Source: Arenicellales bacterium (GTDB taxonomy: Bacteria > Pseudomonadota > Gammaproteobacteria > Arenicellales > JAHEKD01). Taken from it: a DNA stretch of 64,000 nucleotides. The DNA lies in NCBI GenBank assembly GCA_028284225.1, contig JANQSD010000013.1, positions 136,422 through 200,421 of the forward strand, read 5' to 3'. Shown here piece by piece: positions 26,400 to 36,871 of the stretch. A program made the translations under genes and the position numbers. Position 1 is the stretch's first letter; each line of letters begins with the position of its first letter. The notes under the pieces were generated by a model, which had not been told where the DNA came from, did no database searches, and saw nothing but the letters and a program-made list of their open reading frames with translations.

Positions 26400-29300
26400 T
26401 TATACGATTATTCTGCTGTGTTTTTTGACCATTCGGTAAATGAGGTTCCGCAAAGCTGCCGGGCTCACCGGTTTATGCAAATATTCAAAGCCATTAATTG
26501 ACGCACTGTGTTTCAATTCATCACTAATATCAGCCGAAATCAAAATAGTCGGCACCTTGGAATTCAAAACAGAATGCAGTGAATTTATCACATCAATTCC
26601 ATTTTCATTGTCCAGATGATAGTCAACTAATAAGATTTCAGCGGCAAACCCGCCCAGAATGATCTCTTGGGCCGGGGCAGAACCAGAAACACATCGACTA
26701 TCACATTGCCAGGCATCAAGTTGAGTCTGCATCGCTTCTAGTACATTTGCATCGTTATCAATACACAAAACCCTAATGCCCTCAAGATTCGAGGTGTGTC
26801 TAGGCGTTACAGTTTCAATTGGTTTAGGTTTTTGACTGGTAACAGGCTTTTCGGCTATTGGCAGCACCAAGCTAAAAATACTACCTTTCCCTGGCCAAGA
26901 CTTGACCTTAATTTTAGCCTCAATCAGATCAGCAATGCGTTTTGCAATGGCCAACCCAACTCCGAGGCGCTTTTGATTTTCATTGATCTGATTATCCAGG
27001 CGTTTAAATTCTTCAAAAATCAATTCGAGATTACTAGCATTAATACCTACACCGGTATCATGAACTTCAATTGACACCAACGGGTTTCCATTAATGCCTT
27101 TAGAGCGCCTGCAGCCTATGGTTACTCGGCCGCCACTACCGGTATAGCGTAAAGCATTAGAAATAAAATTTTGCAAAACACGTCTAACCAGGTGGGCATC
27201 ACTCTCAACATCGATACCTGAATGTATGTATTTCAATTTCAGATCTCTTTGCTCAGCGATGACGCTAAATTCAGCAGTTAATTTTTCTAATACATCATCA
27301 ATACTAAACACCGTTATATTTTTTGTAATACCACCGCTATCTAGCTTGGAAATATCCAATAAAGTATGAATAATTTCCTCAGCAGAACGAATCGAGCTAT
27401 TAATCTTGTCACTCAAGCCTGATTTATCATTGGTATGTTGTGCTAATGCTGAGGCAAATAGACGGGCAGCATTTAATGGTTGCATCACATCATGATTAAC
27501 CGCCGTAAGAAACTTGTTTTTGCTGTCAATCGCCTGTTCCAGTTCATTATTAACCTTTGATAATTCTTTTGTTCTACCTTCAACAATTTTTTCCAGATTC
27601 TCATTAGTTTTACGCAATTCCTGTTCAGCACGTTTTAACTCAGTAACATCAGTGAAACTGGTTACATAGCCGACACCCGGCATCGGCTTTCCCTGAATTT
27701 GTATAACCGTGCCGTCTTTACGGTAACGCAAATAAGAATGTTTTTTACCATCGCGCATATAATTAAGACGTTGCTCGATATTTAACTTCGAGCTGCCTGC
27801 TTCGACGTCACCTGAGGCCGCACTGTGTCTGAGAACCTCAGCGATAGGGCGCCCAACCTGAATCAGACTTTTGGGATACTGATGAATTTCAATATAGCGA
27901 CTGTTCCAGGCAATTAGTTTCAAATTTTCATCAACCACATTAATACCCTGGTCGATATGCTCAATAGTGTTATTTAAGAGTTCCTGATTAAACTGGACAG
28001 CTTGGGAAGCCTCATCAACAATACTAAACACATCTTCAATCGGCAAATCCTTATTACGTAATACCGAACTGATAATAAGCCGGGCAGAGGAAGCACCAAT
28101 CGCACCTGCCAATAACCGCTCAGTAAAACTGATTAATTCCGCATCTGCTTTTTCGCTTGGAAATAATTGTGTTGAACGCCGCTGAGCATACTCACTAAAA
28201 GCAATTTGGGTTGATCGTTCACCAATAAACTTCTCTGCCAATACTCGTAATTCACCTACTGCGACCGTGCTCCACCATGGCAGTCCATCGCTTGAATCTT
28301 TCTGCTGCGTTGTTTGAGTAAATTTAGCGGCCTGAATTCGGCCAAGTAAATCTGATTTTCTCGTTAACGAGAAATATATATAACAACCTATGTTTGCAGC
28401 CAGGCTTAAAATTAGCGCATGTGTAATAGGCGTCCACTGATCAAAACCGAACAAAGCATAGGATTTTAGATACTCAATCCCAAACAAGCCGGTTTCGATC
28501 AGTCCGCTCGGCAGCCACCCGGTACCAGCTAATGTAGGTAAAAACAGTGTATAAAACCAAACTGCAAATCCGGCGATAAGGCCGAATGTAGCGCCCTGGC
28601 GAGTAGCTTTCTTCCAATAAACACCACCAACGATTGCGGGTGCAAACTGTATAGCGGCAACGAAAGCGATTAAACCAATTGAAGCTAATGCCGTATAAGC
28701 ACTGATGTATTGATAATAAAAATAGCTGAGTAAAAGAATCGCAATAATTGCTAATCTGCGGATAAGCAACAGGATATTAGAAATATCTTTTCTATCCCTA
28801 AGCCTGAATTTAGAGATTTTAAACAGCACCGGCATAACGATATCGTTACAAATCATCGTACTGAGCGTGATAACGGCAACGATGACCATTCCTGTTGCAG
28901 CTGAAAACCCGCCTAAAAACACCAATAGTGTCATCATTTCATTTCCAGCAGTCATAGGAATCATCAACACAAACATATCGGGATTAACATCCTTGCCCTC
29001 AAATAAAAGCAATCCACTAATGGCAATAGGTATAACCACCAAGCTGGTGATAATGAGATACAGTGGAAACAGCCAGCGGGATTTTTTCATGTTTTCAGTA
29101 TTGTCCACTTCAACAAAGGCAACGTGGAATTGGCGCGGCAAACAAAAAATAGCAGCCATTGCAAGGATAGTGTTACCGATAAAAATAATTTGAAAAAAAT
29201 CTTCACCCAGAGTGGGTGCTAATAATTCACTGGCTGTTTGTGATGTTGAGCTGTTTGCCAAAATATCGCCTGGACCATCAAAAACGATATAAACCGCAAA

Positions 29301-29945
29301 TATGCATACTCCAATTAACGCCAACAACTTAACCACCGATTCAAAAGCAATCGCCAAGATAATGCCTTCGTGATGCTCAGACGCATTAACATAACGTGTA
29401 CCAAACAAAATACTGAATACAGCCATAATGACTGCGACCACTAAACCGGTATCACTTAGAAATGGTGCCGTCGCTTCAAAAGGAAGTGACTGTGATGAAA
29501 ACGATGCAATCACCTCATAACTTGAGGCAACTGCTTTTAACTGCAAAGCTATATAGGGAAGCGTGCCCATAATCGCAATAACAGTAACCAGGACGGCCAG
29601 GCTCTGAGCTTTGCCGTAACGTGATGCAACAAAGTCGGCTATGGTTGTAATATTGTTTTCAATACAAATTTTTGCAACACGTTTAAGAAACTGGTGACCG
29701 AAAATAACAAGCAATATAGGGCCTAAATAAATCGCAAAATATTCCCAACCTCGGGTACTGGCATTGCCTACAGCACCATAATAAGTCCAGGATGTGCAAT
29801 AGACCGCTAAAGAGAGGCTGTAAATTAAGGGACGGTAGGGTGCAAGACTGCGTTGATGCTTTTGCTTATCACCATAATGAGCGATGGCAAACAAAACCCC
29901 GATGTAGATGAGTGAAAAAAATATGAGTACCCAGGGCTGCAGCAT
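26400..29945 (-). CDS. crbS: Hybrid sensor histidine kinase with an N-terminal SLC5/SSS transporter-like domain (CrbS/CbrA-type)
   Basis: 1181 aa. About 13 TM segments resemble SSS transporters. These are followed by a PAS region, an H-box 'AVNHDVMQPLNA', an HATPase (GVGLAIAKR...) and a C-terminal receiver ('LLVDYHLDNENG'). Confidence 0.8.
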   Translation of the reverse strand: MLQPWVLIFFSLIYIGVLFAIAHYGDKQKHQRSLAPYRPLIYSLSLAVYCTSWTYYGAVGNASTRGWEYFAIYLGPILLVIFGHQFLKRVAKICIENNITTIADFVASRYGKAQSLAVLVTVIAIMGTLPYIALQLKAVASSYEVIASFSSQSLPFEATAPFLSDTGLVVAVIMAVFSILFGTRYVNASEHHEGIILAIAFESVVKLLALIGVCIFAVYIVFDGPGDILANSSTSQTASELLAPTLGEDFFQIIFIGNTILAMAAIFCLPRQFHVAFVEVDNTENMKKSRWLFPLYLIITSLVVIPIAISGLLLFEGKDVNPDMFVLMIPMTAGNEMMTLLVFLGGFSAATGMVIVAVITLSTMICNDIVMPVLFKISKFRLRDRKDISNILLLIRRLAIIAILLLSYFYYQYISAYTALASIGLIAFVAAIQFAPAIVGGVYWKKATRQGATFGLIAGFAVWFYTLFLPTLAGTGWLPSGLIETGLFGIEYLKSYALFGFDQWTPITHALILSLAANIGCYIYFSLTRKSDLLGRIQAAKFTQTTQQKDSSDGLPWWSTVAVGELRVLAEKFIGERSTQIAFSEYAQRRSTQLFPSEKADAELISFTERLLAGAIGASSARLIISSVLRNKDLPIEDVFSIVDEASQAVQFNQELLNNTIEHIDQGINVVDENLKLIAWNSRYIEIHQYPKSLIQVGRPIAEVLRHSAASGDVEAGSSKLNIEQRLNYMRDGKKHSYLRYRKDGTVIQIQGKPMPGVGYVTSFTDVTELKRAEQELRKTNENLEKIVEGRTKELSKVNNELEQAIDSKNKFLTAVNHDVMQPLNAARLFASALAQHTNDKSGLSDKINSSIRSAEEIIHTLLDISKLDSGGITKNITVFSIDDVLEKLTAEFSVIAEQRDLKLKYIHSGIDVESDAHLVRRVLQNFISNALRYTGSGGRVTIGCRRSKGINGNPLVSIEVHDTGVGINASNLELIFEEFKRLDNQINENQKRLGVGLAIAKRIADLIEAKIKVKSWPGKGSIFSLVLPIAEKPVTSQKPKPIETVTPRHTSNLEGIRVLCIDNDANVLEAMQTQLDAWQCDSRCVSGSAPAQEIILGGFAAEILLVDYHLDNENGIDVINSLHSVLNSKVPTILISADISDELKHSASINGFEYLHKPVSPAALRNLIYRMVKKHSRIIV

Positions 29946-30099
29946 ACTAATCGGAATCTGTAATTAAATTTTATACTTTAGGCTAGTAACAATTTGTCTG
30001 TAAATTGCATAATATCAGATTATTCAATGCTATAGTTTTGGACCACGTGAAAAGTAAAGTTTCACATGGCTGAATATTAACCCGTTCAGGAGGCACATC

Positions 30100-32037
30100 A
30101 TGAGTGAAGACAAGATATATGACGTAAGCAGTGAATTAAGCCAAAACGCTCATATTAACAAGGAAACTTATCAATCGCTGTACAAGCAGTCTATAGAAGA
30201 TCCTCAGACATTTTGGGCAGATCGTGCAAATGAGTTTGTTGACTGGTTCAAACCCTGGAACGAGGTTTTAGACTGGAACTATCGTGAAGGACATATCAGA
30301 TGGTTTGAGGGGGCCACTCTAAATATCAGCTACAACTGCCTTGATCGCCACCTCGAAAACCGCGGCGATCAAACCGCCATAATTTGGGAATCTGATGATC
30401 CTGATGTTGATGAAAACATCACCTACAAAGATTTACATGAACGTGTTTGCCGCTTTGCCAACGTCTTAAAGCAACGAGGAGTAAACAAAGGCGACAGAGT
30501 ATCGATCTATATGCCGATGATTCCGGAGGCTGCGGTTGCCATGCTGGCTTGTACCCGCATCGGTGCAGTACATTCCATCGTCTTCGGGGGCTTTTCACCA
30601 GATGCGCTACGTGATCGGATTTTGGATTCTGATTGCCGAGTCGTCATCACCGCAGACGAAGGACCGCGTGGTGGTAAAAATGTACCACTAAAAGCCAATG
30701 TCGATAAAGCCTTGGCAGAATGTCCTAATGTACATACGGTTATTGTTGTTAAAAGGACTGGAAACGCAATCGACTGGGACGATAACAGGGATTGCTGGTG
30801 TCATGAGGCCTGTGCTGCAGTTTCAGCTGAATGCGAACTTGAACATATGGATGCCGAAGATCCGCTATTCATACTTTATACCTCTGGGTCAACAGGAAAG
30901 CCTAAGGGGGTGTTACATACTACTGGTGGTTATTTGCTTTATGCTGCAATGACACACAAGTATATCTTTGATTACCACGACGGTGATGTATATTGGTGTA
31001 CTGCCGACGTGGGTTGGATTACCGGACACAGCTACATTGTCTATGGGCCTCTGGCTAATGGTGCAACATCTTTAATGTTTGAAGGCGTACCCACTTATCC
31101 TGACGGCAGCCGTTTTTGGCAAGTGATTGACAAACATAAGGTCAATATTTTTTACACCGCACCAACGGCAATCCGCGCTTTAATGCGATTAGGCAATGAA
31201 CTGGTTGAACAAACATCACGCAGCTCACTCAAATTACTGGGCTCTGTTGGTGAGCCGATCAACCCAGAAGCCTGGGAGTGGTACTACCATGTGGTTGGCA
31301 ACGAAAAATGTCCGATAGTTGACACTTGGTGGCAAACCGAAACCGGGGGCATCTTGATCACACCATTACCGGGCGCAATCGATTTGAAACCCGGCTCCGC
31401 AACCTTGCCATTTTTTGGCGTTCAACCCGTACTTTTAGATAACGACGGCAATGAAGTTACTGGAGAAGGGGAAGGCAATCTAGTCATCAAGCACCCCTGG
31501 CCAGGACAAATGCGAACTGTATTTGGTGATCATAAGCGCTTTATCGAAACCTATTTCAGCGGCTTTGATAATGTTTATGTTACCGGTGACGGAGCCAAAC
31601 GTGATGCTGACGGTTACTATTGGATAACAGGCCGGGTTGATGATGTGATTAATGTATCCGGGCATCGTATGGGCACCGCTGAAGTTGAAAGCGCATTAGT
31701 TCTACATGATACAGTTGCCGAGGCGGCGGTAATTGGCTATCCACACGACATTAAAGGGCAGGGTATTTATGCTTATGTCACGTTAATGAAAGGCATCGAG
31801 CCCAGTGACGAATTGAAAAAAGAACTGGTTACCCTGGTACGCAAAGAGATAGGTCCAATCGCATCACCGGATATTATTCAGTGGGCACCAGGGTTGCCCA
31901 AGACCCGATCAGGCAAAATCATGCGGCGTATTTTACGCAAAATAGCCGCCAATGAAATTGACAGCCTGGGAGATACGTCAACATTAGCCGAACCGGCGGT
32001 TGTCGATGATTTGATCGCTAATCGGCAAAATGTTTAA
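30100..32037 (+). CDS. acs: Acetyl-CoA synthetase (AMP-forming)
   Basis: 645 aa. Motifs '[11 protein letters not shown]', 'WWQTETGG', '[31 protein letters not shown]' and '[11 protein letters not shown]'. Confidence 0.95.
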   Translation: MSEDKIYDVSSELSQNAHINKETYQSLYKQSIEDPQTFWADRANEFVDWFKPWNEVLDWNYREGHIRWFEGATLNISYNCLDRHLENRGDQTAIIWESDDPDVDENITYKDLHERVCRFANVLKQRGVNKGDRVSIYMPMIPEAAVAMLACTRIGAVHSIVFGGFSPDALRDRILDSDCRVVITADEGPRGGKNVPLKANVDKALAECPNVHTVIVVKRTGNAIDWDDNRDCWCHEACAAVSAECELEHMDAEDPLFILYTSGSTGKPKGVLHTTGGYLLYAAMTHKYIFDYHDGDVYWCTADVGWITGHSYIVYGPLANGATSLMFEGVPTYPDGSRFWQVIDKHKVNIFYTAPTAIRALMRLGNELVEQTSRSSLKLLGSVGEPINPEAWEWYYHVVGNEKCPIVDTWWQTETGGILITPLPGAIDLKPGSATLPFFGVQPVLLDNDGNEVTGEGEGNLVIKHPWPGQMRTVFGDHKRFIETYFSGFDNVYVTGDGAKRDADGYYWITGRVDDVINVSGHRMGTAEVESALVLHDTVAEAAVIGYPHDIKGQGIYAYVTLMKGIEPSDELKKELVTLVRKEIGPIASPDIIQWAPGLPKTRSGKIMRRILRKIAANEIDSLGDTSTLAEPAVVDDLIANRQNV

Positions 32038-32057
32038 ACCACTTAAACTATTTTCAC

Positions 32058-32084
32058 AAAAGGCTCATTTAATGGGCCTTTTTT
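32058..32084 (+). terminator. Rho-independent terminator after acs
   Basis: AAAAGGCTCA-TTTAA-TGGGCCTTTT followed by TT. The 10-bp stem has one G-U pair. It starts 21 nt after the acs stop. Confidence 0.6.
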
Positions 32085-32105
32085 GATTAAAGACGCTGAC
32101 AAACC

Positions 32106-33977
32106 ATGCACGGTGAACTAGAAGAAATTTATGAGTTTGTAAGAACTGTCCGGCCTTTTGACGAGTTAGCGGATGATGAATTACGAAAACTCAGCAAGCA
32201 GTTGACAATTCGATATTTCAAGCGTCAGCAGAAAATTCTAAAAACAGGCCAGGAAACAGATTCACTATTTATTATTCGAACCGGAGCAGCCGATATTTTT
32301 AATGCTGACGGTAACTTTATCATCCGGGTGAACGAAAAAGGTTGTTTTGGTTTTGTATCGATAATTAATCAAAAGCCCAGTTCCAGTGATGTAATTGCTC
32401 ATGAAGACAGTCTGGTTTATATACTGTCTGGTGATCTCTTCAGGAGGCTTTGTGAGCAGCATTCTGACTTCAAGGATCACTTCGTGATGGCGGAATCGCA
32501 GCGCTTGCGCAAAGCACTGTCTCAGTTAAGAAATAGTCATTTCCAATTTAGTGCACGACTGGCAGCACCCGTGACAGGCATTATCCGGCGGGAGCCGGTT
32601 ATGTCAGCTGATAACTTATCGATTCATCAGGCTGCGGCAAAAATGGCCACCGAAAATGTATCGACACTCATGATCGTTGACGCTAATGAAAATCTTATCG
32701 GCCTGATCACAGATAGAGATATCCGTAATAGAGTGGTAGCTGCAAATATCAATATTAATGACCCTGTAAAATCGGTGATGACTCAACAATTGGTCACCAT
32801 TAGTCCCGATACAATGGCCTTTGAAGCCGGTTTACTAATGATGCGGCACAATGTCCATCACTTGCCCGTAGTATCTGAGAACAAACCTATAGGTCTGATA
32901 TCGACAACTGATTTGCTTAAACTTTCTAACCAAAGTCCGGTTTACACCATCTCGGAGGTGGCCAAAGCAACAAGCATTTCTCAACTCAGCAATATTAGCC
33001 AGACTATCCCTGAAATCCTGAGTCAGTTGGTTAACAGTGGCTTACCGGCATACCAGGTCGGACAAATGGTCAGCACGCTTGGTGAAAACATCAATATCCG
33101 TTTACTGCAACTTGCCGAGCAGAAACTCGGTTCGGCGCCTATTGATTATTGCTGGCTGGCTGCCGGCTCATTAGGCCGTCGTGAACAACTTTTACATTCT
33201 GATCAGGATAACGCTCTACTGCTGAGTAATGACTTTGATAAACCCAGTCATGAAGAATACTTCCTCTTATTGACTCGATATGTAAGCGATGGATTGAATG
33301 AATGCGGCTATGTATATTGTCCAGGAGAAGTCATGGCCACTAATCCAAAATGGCGCCAGCCGCTAAATGAGTGGAAGAACTACTTTACCAATTGGGTAAC
33401 CAAGCCAGAGCCTAAGGCACTTATGTACTGCAGTATATTTTTTGACATGCGCTCTATATATGGAAACAACGAACTGTTTGATAATCTTAAAGCCCATTAT
33501 CTTAACTTAGCTAAAGATAACAACTTATTCTTGAGCCACCTGTCGGTCAATGCATTACAAAACACACCACCATTAGGATTTTTTAGACAATTTGTACTGG
33601 TCAACGATAAGGAGCATAAAAATCAACTTAATTTAAAGAAACGGGGTACCGCGCCCATAGTTGATTTGGCCCGGGTTTATGCGCTTGCTGATGGACTAAA
33701 CAGTATTAACACCCATAATCGTATACTGGACGCCAAAGCTTATGCTGTTATCAGCGATGAAGCAGCAGACAATTTGCTGGATGCTTATGAATTTATTAAT
33801 CATTTTCGTATGCAACATCAGGCTAACCAAATCAGCAACAAACTTGAACCTGATAATTTTGCCAATCCAGATGAATTATCAGCGTTTGAACGTGATCACC
33901 TGCATGATGCATTTAAAATTGTAGCCGAAATGCAAAAATACCTTGCCCAGCGCTATACTGCCAGCCATATGAGGTAG
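32106..33977 (+). CDS. Cyclic-nucleotide-binding / tandem-CBS / DUF294 putative nucleotidyltransferase
   Basis: 623 aa. An N-terminal cNMP-binding fold, two CBS domains ('VSTLMIVDANENLIGLITDRDI', 'VHHLPVVSENKPIGLISTTDL'), then a nucleotidyltransferase-like 'GSLGRREQLLHSDQDNALL'. Confidence 0.8.
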   Translation: MHGELEEIYEFVRTVRPFDELADDELRKLSKQLTIRYFKRQQKILKTGQETDSLFIIRTGAADIFNADGNFIIRVNEKGCFGFVSIINQKPSSSDVIAHEDSLVYILSGDLFRRLCEQHSDFKDHFVMAESQRLRKALSQLRNSHFQFSARLAAPVTGIIRREPVMSADNLSIHQAAAKMATENVSTLMIVDANENLIGLITDRDIRNRVVAANININDPVKSVMTQQLVTISPDTMAFEAGLLMMRHNVHHLPVVSENKPIGLISTTDLLKLSNQSPVYTISEVAKATSISQLSNISQTIPEILSQLVNSGLPAYQVGQMVSTLGENINIRLLQLAEQKLGSAPIDYCWLAAGSLGRREQLLHSDQDNALLLSNDFDKPSHEEYFLLLTRYVSDGLNECGYVYCPGEVMATNPKWRQPLNEWKNYFTNWVTKPEPKALMYCSIFFDMRSIYGNNELFDNLKAHYLNLAKDNNLFLSHLSVNALQNTPPLGFFRQFVLVNDKEHKNQLNLKKRGTAPIVDLARVYALADGLNSINTHNRILDAKAYAVISDEAADNLLDAYEFINHFRMQHQANQISNKLEPDNFANPDELSAFERDHLHDAFKIVAEMQKYLAQRYTASHMR

Positions 33978-33983
33978 GACTTT

Positions 33984-34664
33984 ATGTTTAAGTTTTTTGG
34001 CGCAGATGCAAAGCAATCCCGACTGCTTAAAGCCGCACCGGAAGGTCCATTAAAAAACTTTCTTGGTCATAATCTGCCGGATAAAAATCAACTGCTTGAG
34101 GATGCTAATTTACTGGCTGTCGATTTTGAAACTACGGGCCTCGATAGCAATAATGATGAGTTATTAAGCATAGGATTTGTGCAAATTAATAACTTGGAAA
34201 TCGATCTGTCTACTGCGGCGCATTATTTAATTAAAACCAATAATGACCTAGTTGAAGAAACTGTCGTAATCCATAAAATCACTGACGATCAGATTTCCAC
34301 TGGTCTGGCATTAAAAGATGCTGTCGCTCACTTTCTTCAGGCCCTAAAAGGCAGGGTAATGGTCGCTCACCATGCCAAAATTGAAAGCGGGTTTACCCAA
34401 CAAGCCTGCAGGAATATTTACGGCTGTGGGATAATAATTCCGGTGATTGATACCCTCGCGATAGAGGCAAGCAGGCTACCTAAAGAGCAACATGCTAACA
34501 ATAATCTAAATCTGAATATGTGCTGCAAACGCTACAACCTGCCACGCTACAGATTACACGATGCACTAAGTGATGCCTTGTCCTGTGCTGAGCTGTTATT
34601 GGCACAGATTAGTCATTGCAGCACTGCGCCCAGATTAAATCGATTTATCGGTTATTTGCCGTAG
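33984..34664 (+). CDS. DEDDh 3'-5' exonuclease (DNA polymerase III epsilon-like)
   Basis: 226 aa. Exo I 'AVDFETTGL', Exo II-like 'MVAHHAKIESGF' and Exo III 'HDALSDALSCAEL'. It starts 6 nt after the DUF294 gene. Confidence 0.8.
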   Translation: MFKFFGADAKQSRLLKAAPEGPLKNFLGHNLPDKNQLLEDANLLAVDFETTGLDSNNDELLSIGFVQINNLEIDLSTAAHYLIKTNNDLVEETVVIHKITDDQISTGLALKDAVAHFLQALKGRVMVAHHAKIESGFTQQACRNIYGCGIIIPVIDTLAIEASRLPKEQHANNNLNLNMCCKRYNLPRYRLHDALSDALSCAELLLAQISHCSTAPRLNRFIGYLP

Positions 34665-34917
34665 AAAACCTTTTCTTAATAAGAAGAGTTAGCTAGATTC
34701 AAAATATAGGTTTAGTTATATCAAAATTTAAGCGAATCATGCATTAAAGACGTCCTTTTAGTGACCCATCAATGTGCGGCTGCTGATGGATAAGAATCTC
34801 ACGAAGAATGTAGTTCTCCAGTAAACATTGAGCAGATCGCTTAAGATGATTTTTAAATCATAGGACAACTTAAGGACTATGCTACCGGCTAAAAATCGAT
34901 ACTTGTGCATCAATATT

Positions 34918-35742
34918 TTAATAACGTTTTGATACGAATTCTGTTTTCTCAATAGTTTCTGTTGATGCGAAAAGCTTATTATTGTTTCGCTTAAATTTAA
35001 AGTACCTGTTAAGTCCCTCAAGTTCCTTTATTGTTTTCAAGGTCTTTTTTTGACAGTGTTTTCTCTTTTTCTTGTTATTGATAATTTCACTTAGAAACAT
35101 GCCTCTGCCAACTCTTGAGTATGAATGTTTGTGCACTATGTTTTCCAAAGGCCAGACCTTTGCGCATATCGCATAGTTTTCAAGTTCAGAAGACTTAATC
35201 AGTGGATTAATTTGATATGTTGAAACAGCATAATCAATGGTTTCCCCGCCTAATTGCTCAGACGTAAATGAATCAATCATCCAGCAACCCAAGGGTAGAA
35301 ATTTTGTACCGCTCAGATCTTCTGTTTTTACCAGATCTGTAAACGCTGGTGTATTGGAAATACTTGAGACATGAATTATTCCCGCATTAATCCCTGCATT
35401 TATAATTCCGTTCGATAACGAATGATCAGGGTATGTAAGAAATTGTGAAGATATAAAATCACACGATATAGCCGCGCCTATCCTATCATCACTTGCGTTG
35501 CTTTTTCTACCAGAAAATGGAGATGGGTCATTTGCATATTTTATTGCCGCACTAGGGTTTATATCACTTCCTTTCAATCCACCTCTTGTGTTGGTGTTCC
35601 CGCCAGTGTCTCTTATATCACCTATTGTTTGAGATACAGTTTTCTCAACATTTTTGGCAATTTCACTAATGGGTTTTTGTATTTCTGTACAGCTGCTAAG
35701 AAAAAAAGATGCGAAGATTAAAATTAATAGAATTTTTTTCAT
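34918..35742 (-). CDS. Hypothetical lipoprotein with a highly basic C-terminal tail
   Basis: 274 aa. 'MKKILLILIFASFFLSSC' is a signal peptide plus lipobox. No family was recognised. The gene is AT-rich and flanked by AT-rich spacers. Confidence 0.5.
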   Translation of the reverse strand: MKKILLILIFASFFLSSCTEIQKPISEIAKNVEKTVSQTIGDIRDTGGNTNTRGGLKGSDINPSAAIKYANDPSPFSGRKSNASDDRIGAAISCDFISSQFLTYPDHSLSNGIINAGINAGIIHVSSISNTPAFTDLVKTEDLSGTKFLPLGCWMIDSFTSEQLGGETIDYAVSTYQINPLIKSSELENYAICAKVWPLENIVHKHSYSRVGRGMFLSEIINNKKKRKHCQKKTLKTIKELEGLNRYFKFKRNNNKLFASTETIEKTEFVSKRY

Positions 35743-35879
35743 AACTATCGTCCCTGATTGTTTATATAGATGGTAAGAATTTAATAATAATATAATTTAG
35801 GTTTAATGAGAACCCAATACCAAGAATTTTTTATAACTCCGATTAAAATTATTCCGCAGTTTAATTTAGTAGCCTTAAA

Positions 35880-36869
35880 ATGTTTGCTATTATTCGCGCT
35901 TTGATTATGTACATATGGAGAACTTTGCAAACGACCGCCATTACAGCAGTTGTTTTAACCTACAACGAAGAAAAAAATTTGCCTGCATGCCTGGGAAGCC
36001 TTGCGGACTTTTGTCCCGTATTTGTGCTTGATTCAGGCAGCACTGACTCCACATTGAGCATCGCAGAGCAATATAATGCCGAGGTTTTTCATCATGATTT
36101 TACCAATCATGCTGAACACTGGAGCTGGGCAATTGAAAACTTGCCTTTTGAATCTGAATGGATGCTTGCACTGGACGCGGATTATGTCGTCAGTGATGAA
36201 CTGAAGCAGAAAATCAGCAACGAAATTCAAACGGTCCCCGACCACATAAATGGAATATATGTCAAATATCGTTATACCTTTGGCGGCAGTCCTATCCGTT
36301 TTGGCGGCACTCGTCATGACCGATTACAAATAATCCGATTAGGCCATGCAAAACTTGATTCCAGTGACTTGGTTGATAATCGCTTTGTTGTAGACGGTGA
36401 AACTATTCATTGGAATAAACATATCTATGAATCAAATTATTACGATCAAGATATTTCAATCTGGATGGCCAAACAGGACAAATATGCTATTCGGTTAGCT
36501 GTCGAAGAGGAGCTTAGAAAGCAAGGACACATTTCATGGCAGGGGAATCCATCTTTGTTCGGCACGCCTGATCAGCGTGTAACCTGGCTGCGTCAACAAT
36601 GGATGCGTTTGCCTTTATTTATTCGCCCGCTTTTTTATTTTTTATTCCGCTACGTATTTGCTCTGGGTTTCCTGGACGGGAAGGGTGGCTTTCTCTATCA
36701 TTTTCTCCAGGGCTTTGTGTTGAGAGTAATGATAGATTGGAAGATTGGGCAGTTACGCAGAGCTAAACTCTCAGGTGAAAAACTACTTCAATTCAAGCAA
36801 AAAATGCTGGAAACAGGTGACGCCTCCGTCGAGAGAGTCTTACAAATGATTGAACCAAATAATGGATAG
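35880..36869 (+). CDS. Family-2 glycosyltransferase
   Basis: 329 aa. Motifs 'AVVLTYNEEKNLPACLGSL...FVLDSGSTDST' and 'LALDADY' (DxD). The start is uncertain, with an alternative ATG at 35907. The stop lies 2 nt before gltX. Confidence 0.7.
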   Translation: MFAIIRALIMYIWRTLQTTAITAVVLTYNEEKNLPACLGSLADFCPVFVLDSGSTDSTLSIAEQYNAEVFHHDFTNHAEHWSWAIENLPFESEWMLALDADYVVSDELKQKISNEIQTVPDHINGIYVKYRYTFGGSPIRFGGTRHDRLQIIRLGHAKLDSSDLVDNRFVVDGETIHWNKHIYESNYYDQDISIWMAKQDKYAIRLAVEEELRKQGHISWQGNPSLFGTPDQRVTWLRQQWMRLPLFIRPLFYFLFRYVFALGFLDGKGGFLYHFLQGFVLRVMIDWKIGQLRRAKLSGEKLLQFKQKMLETGDASVERVLQMIEPNNG

Positions 36870-36871
36870 TA

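Noticed and set aside
34758-35021. 87-aa minus-strand ORF overlapping the 3' end of the lipoprotein gene
   Set aside because: It overlaps the longer, signal-peptide-bearing ORF in another frame. It is AT-rich with no motifs or ribosome-binding site.
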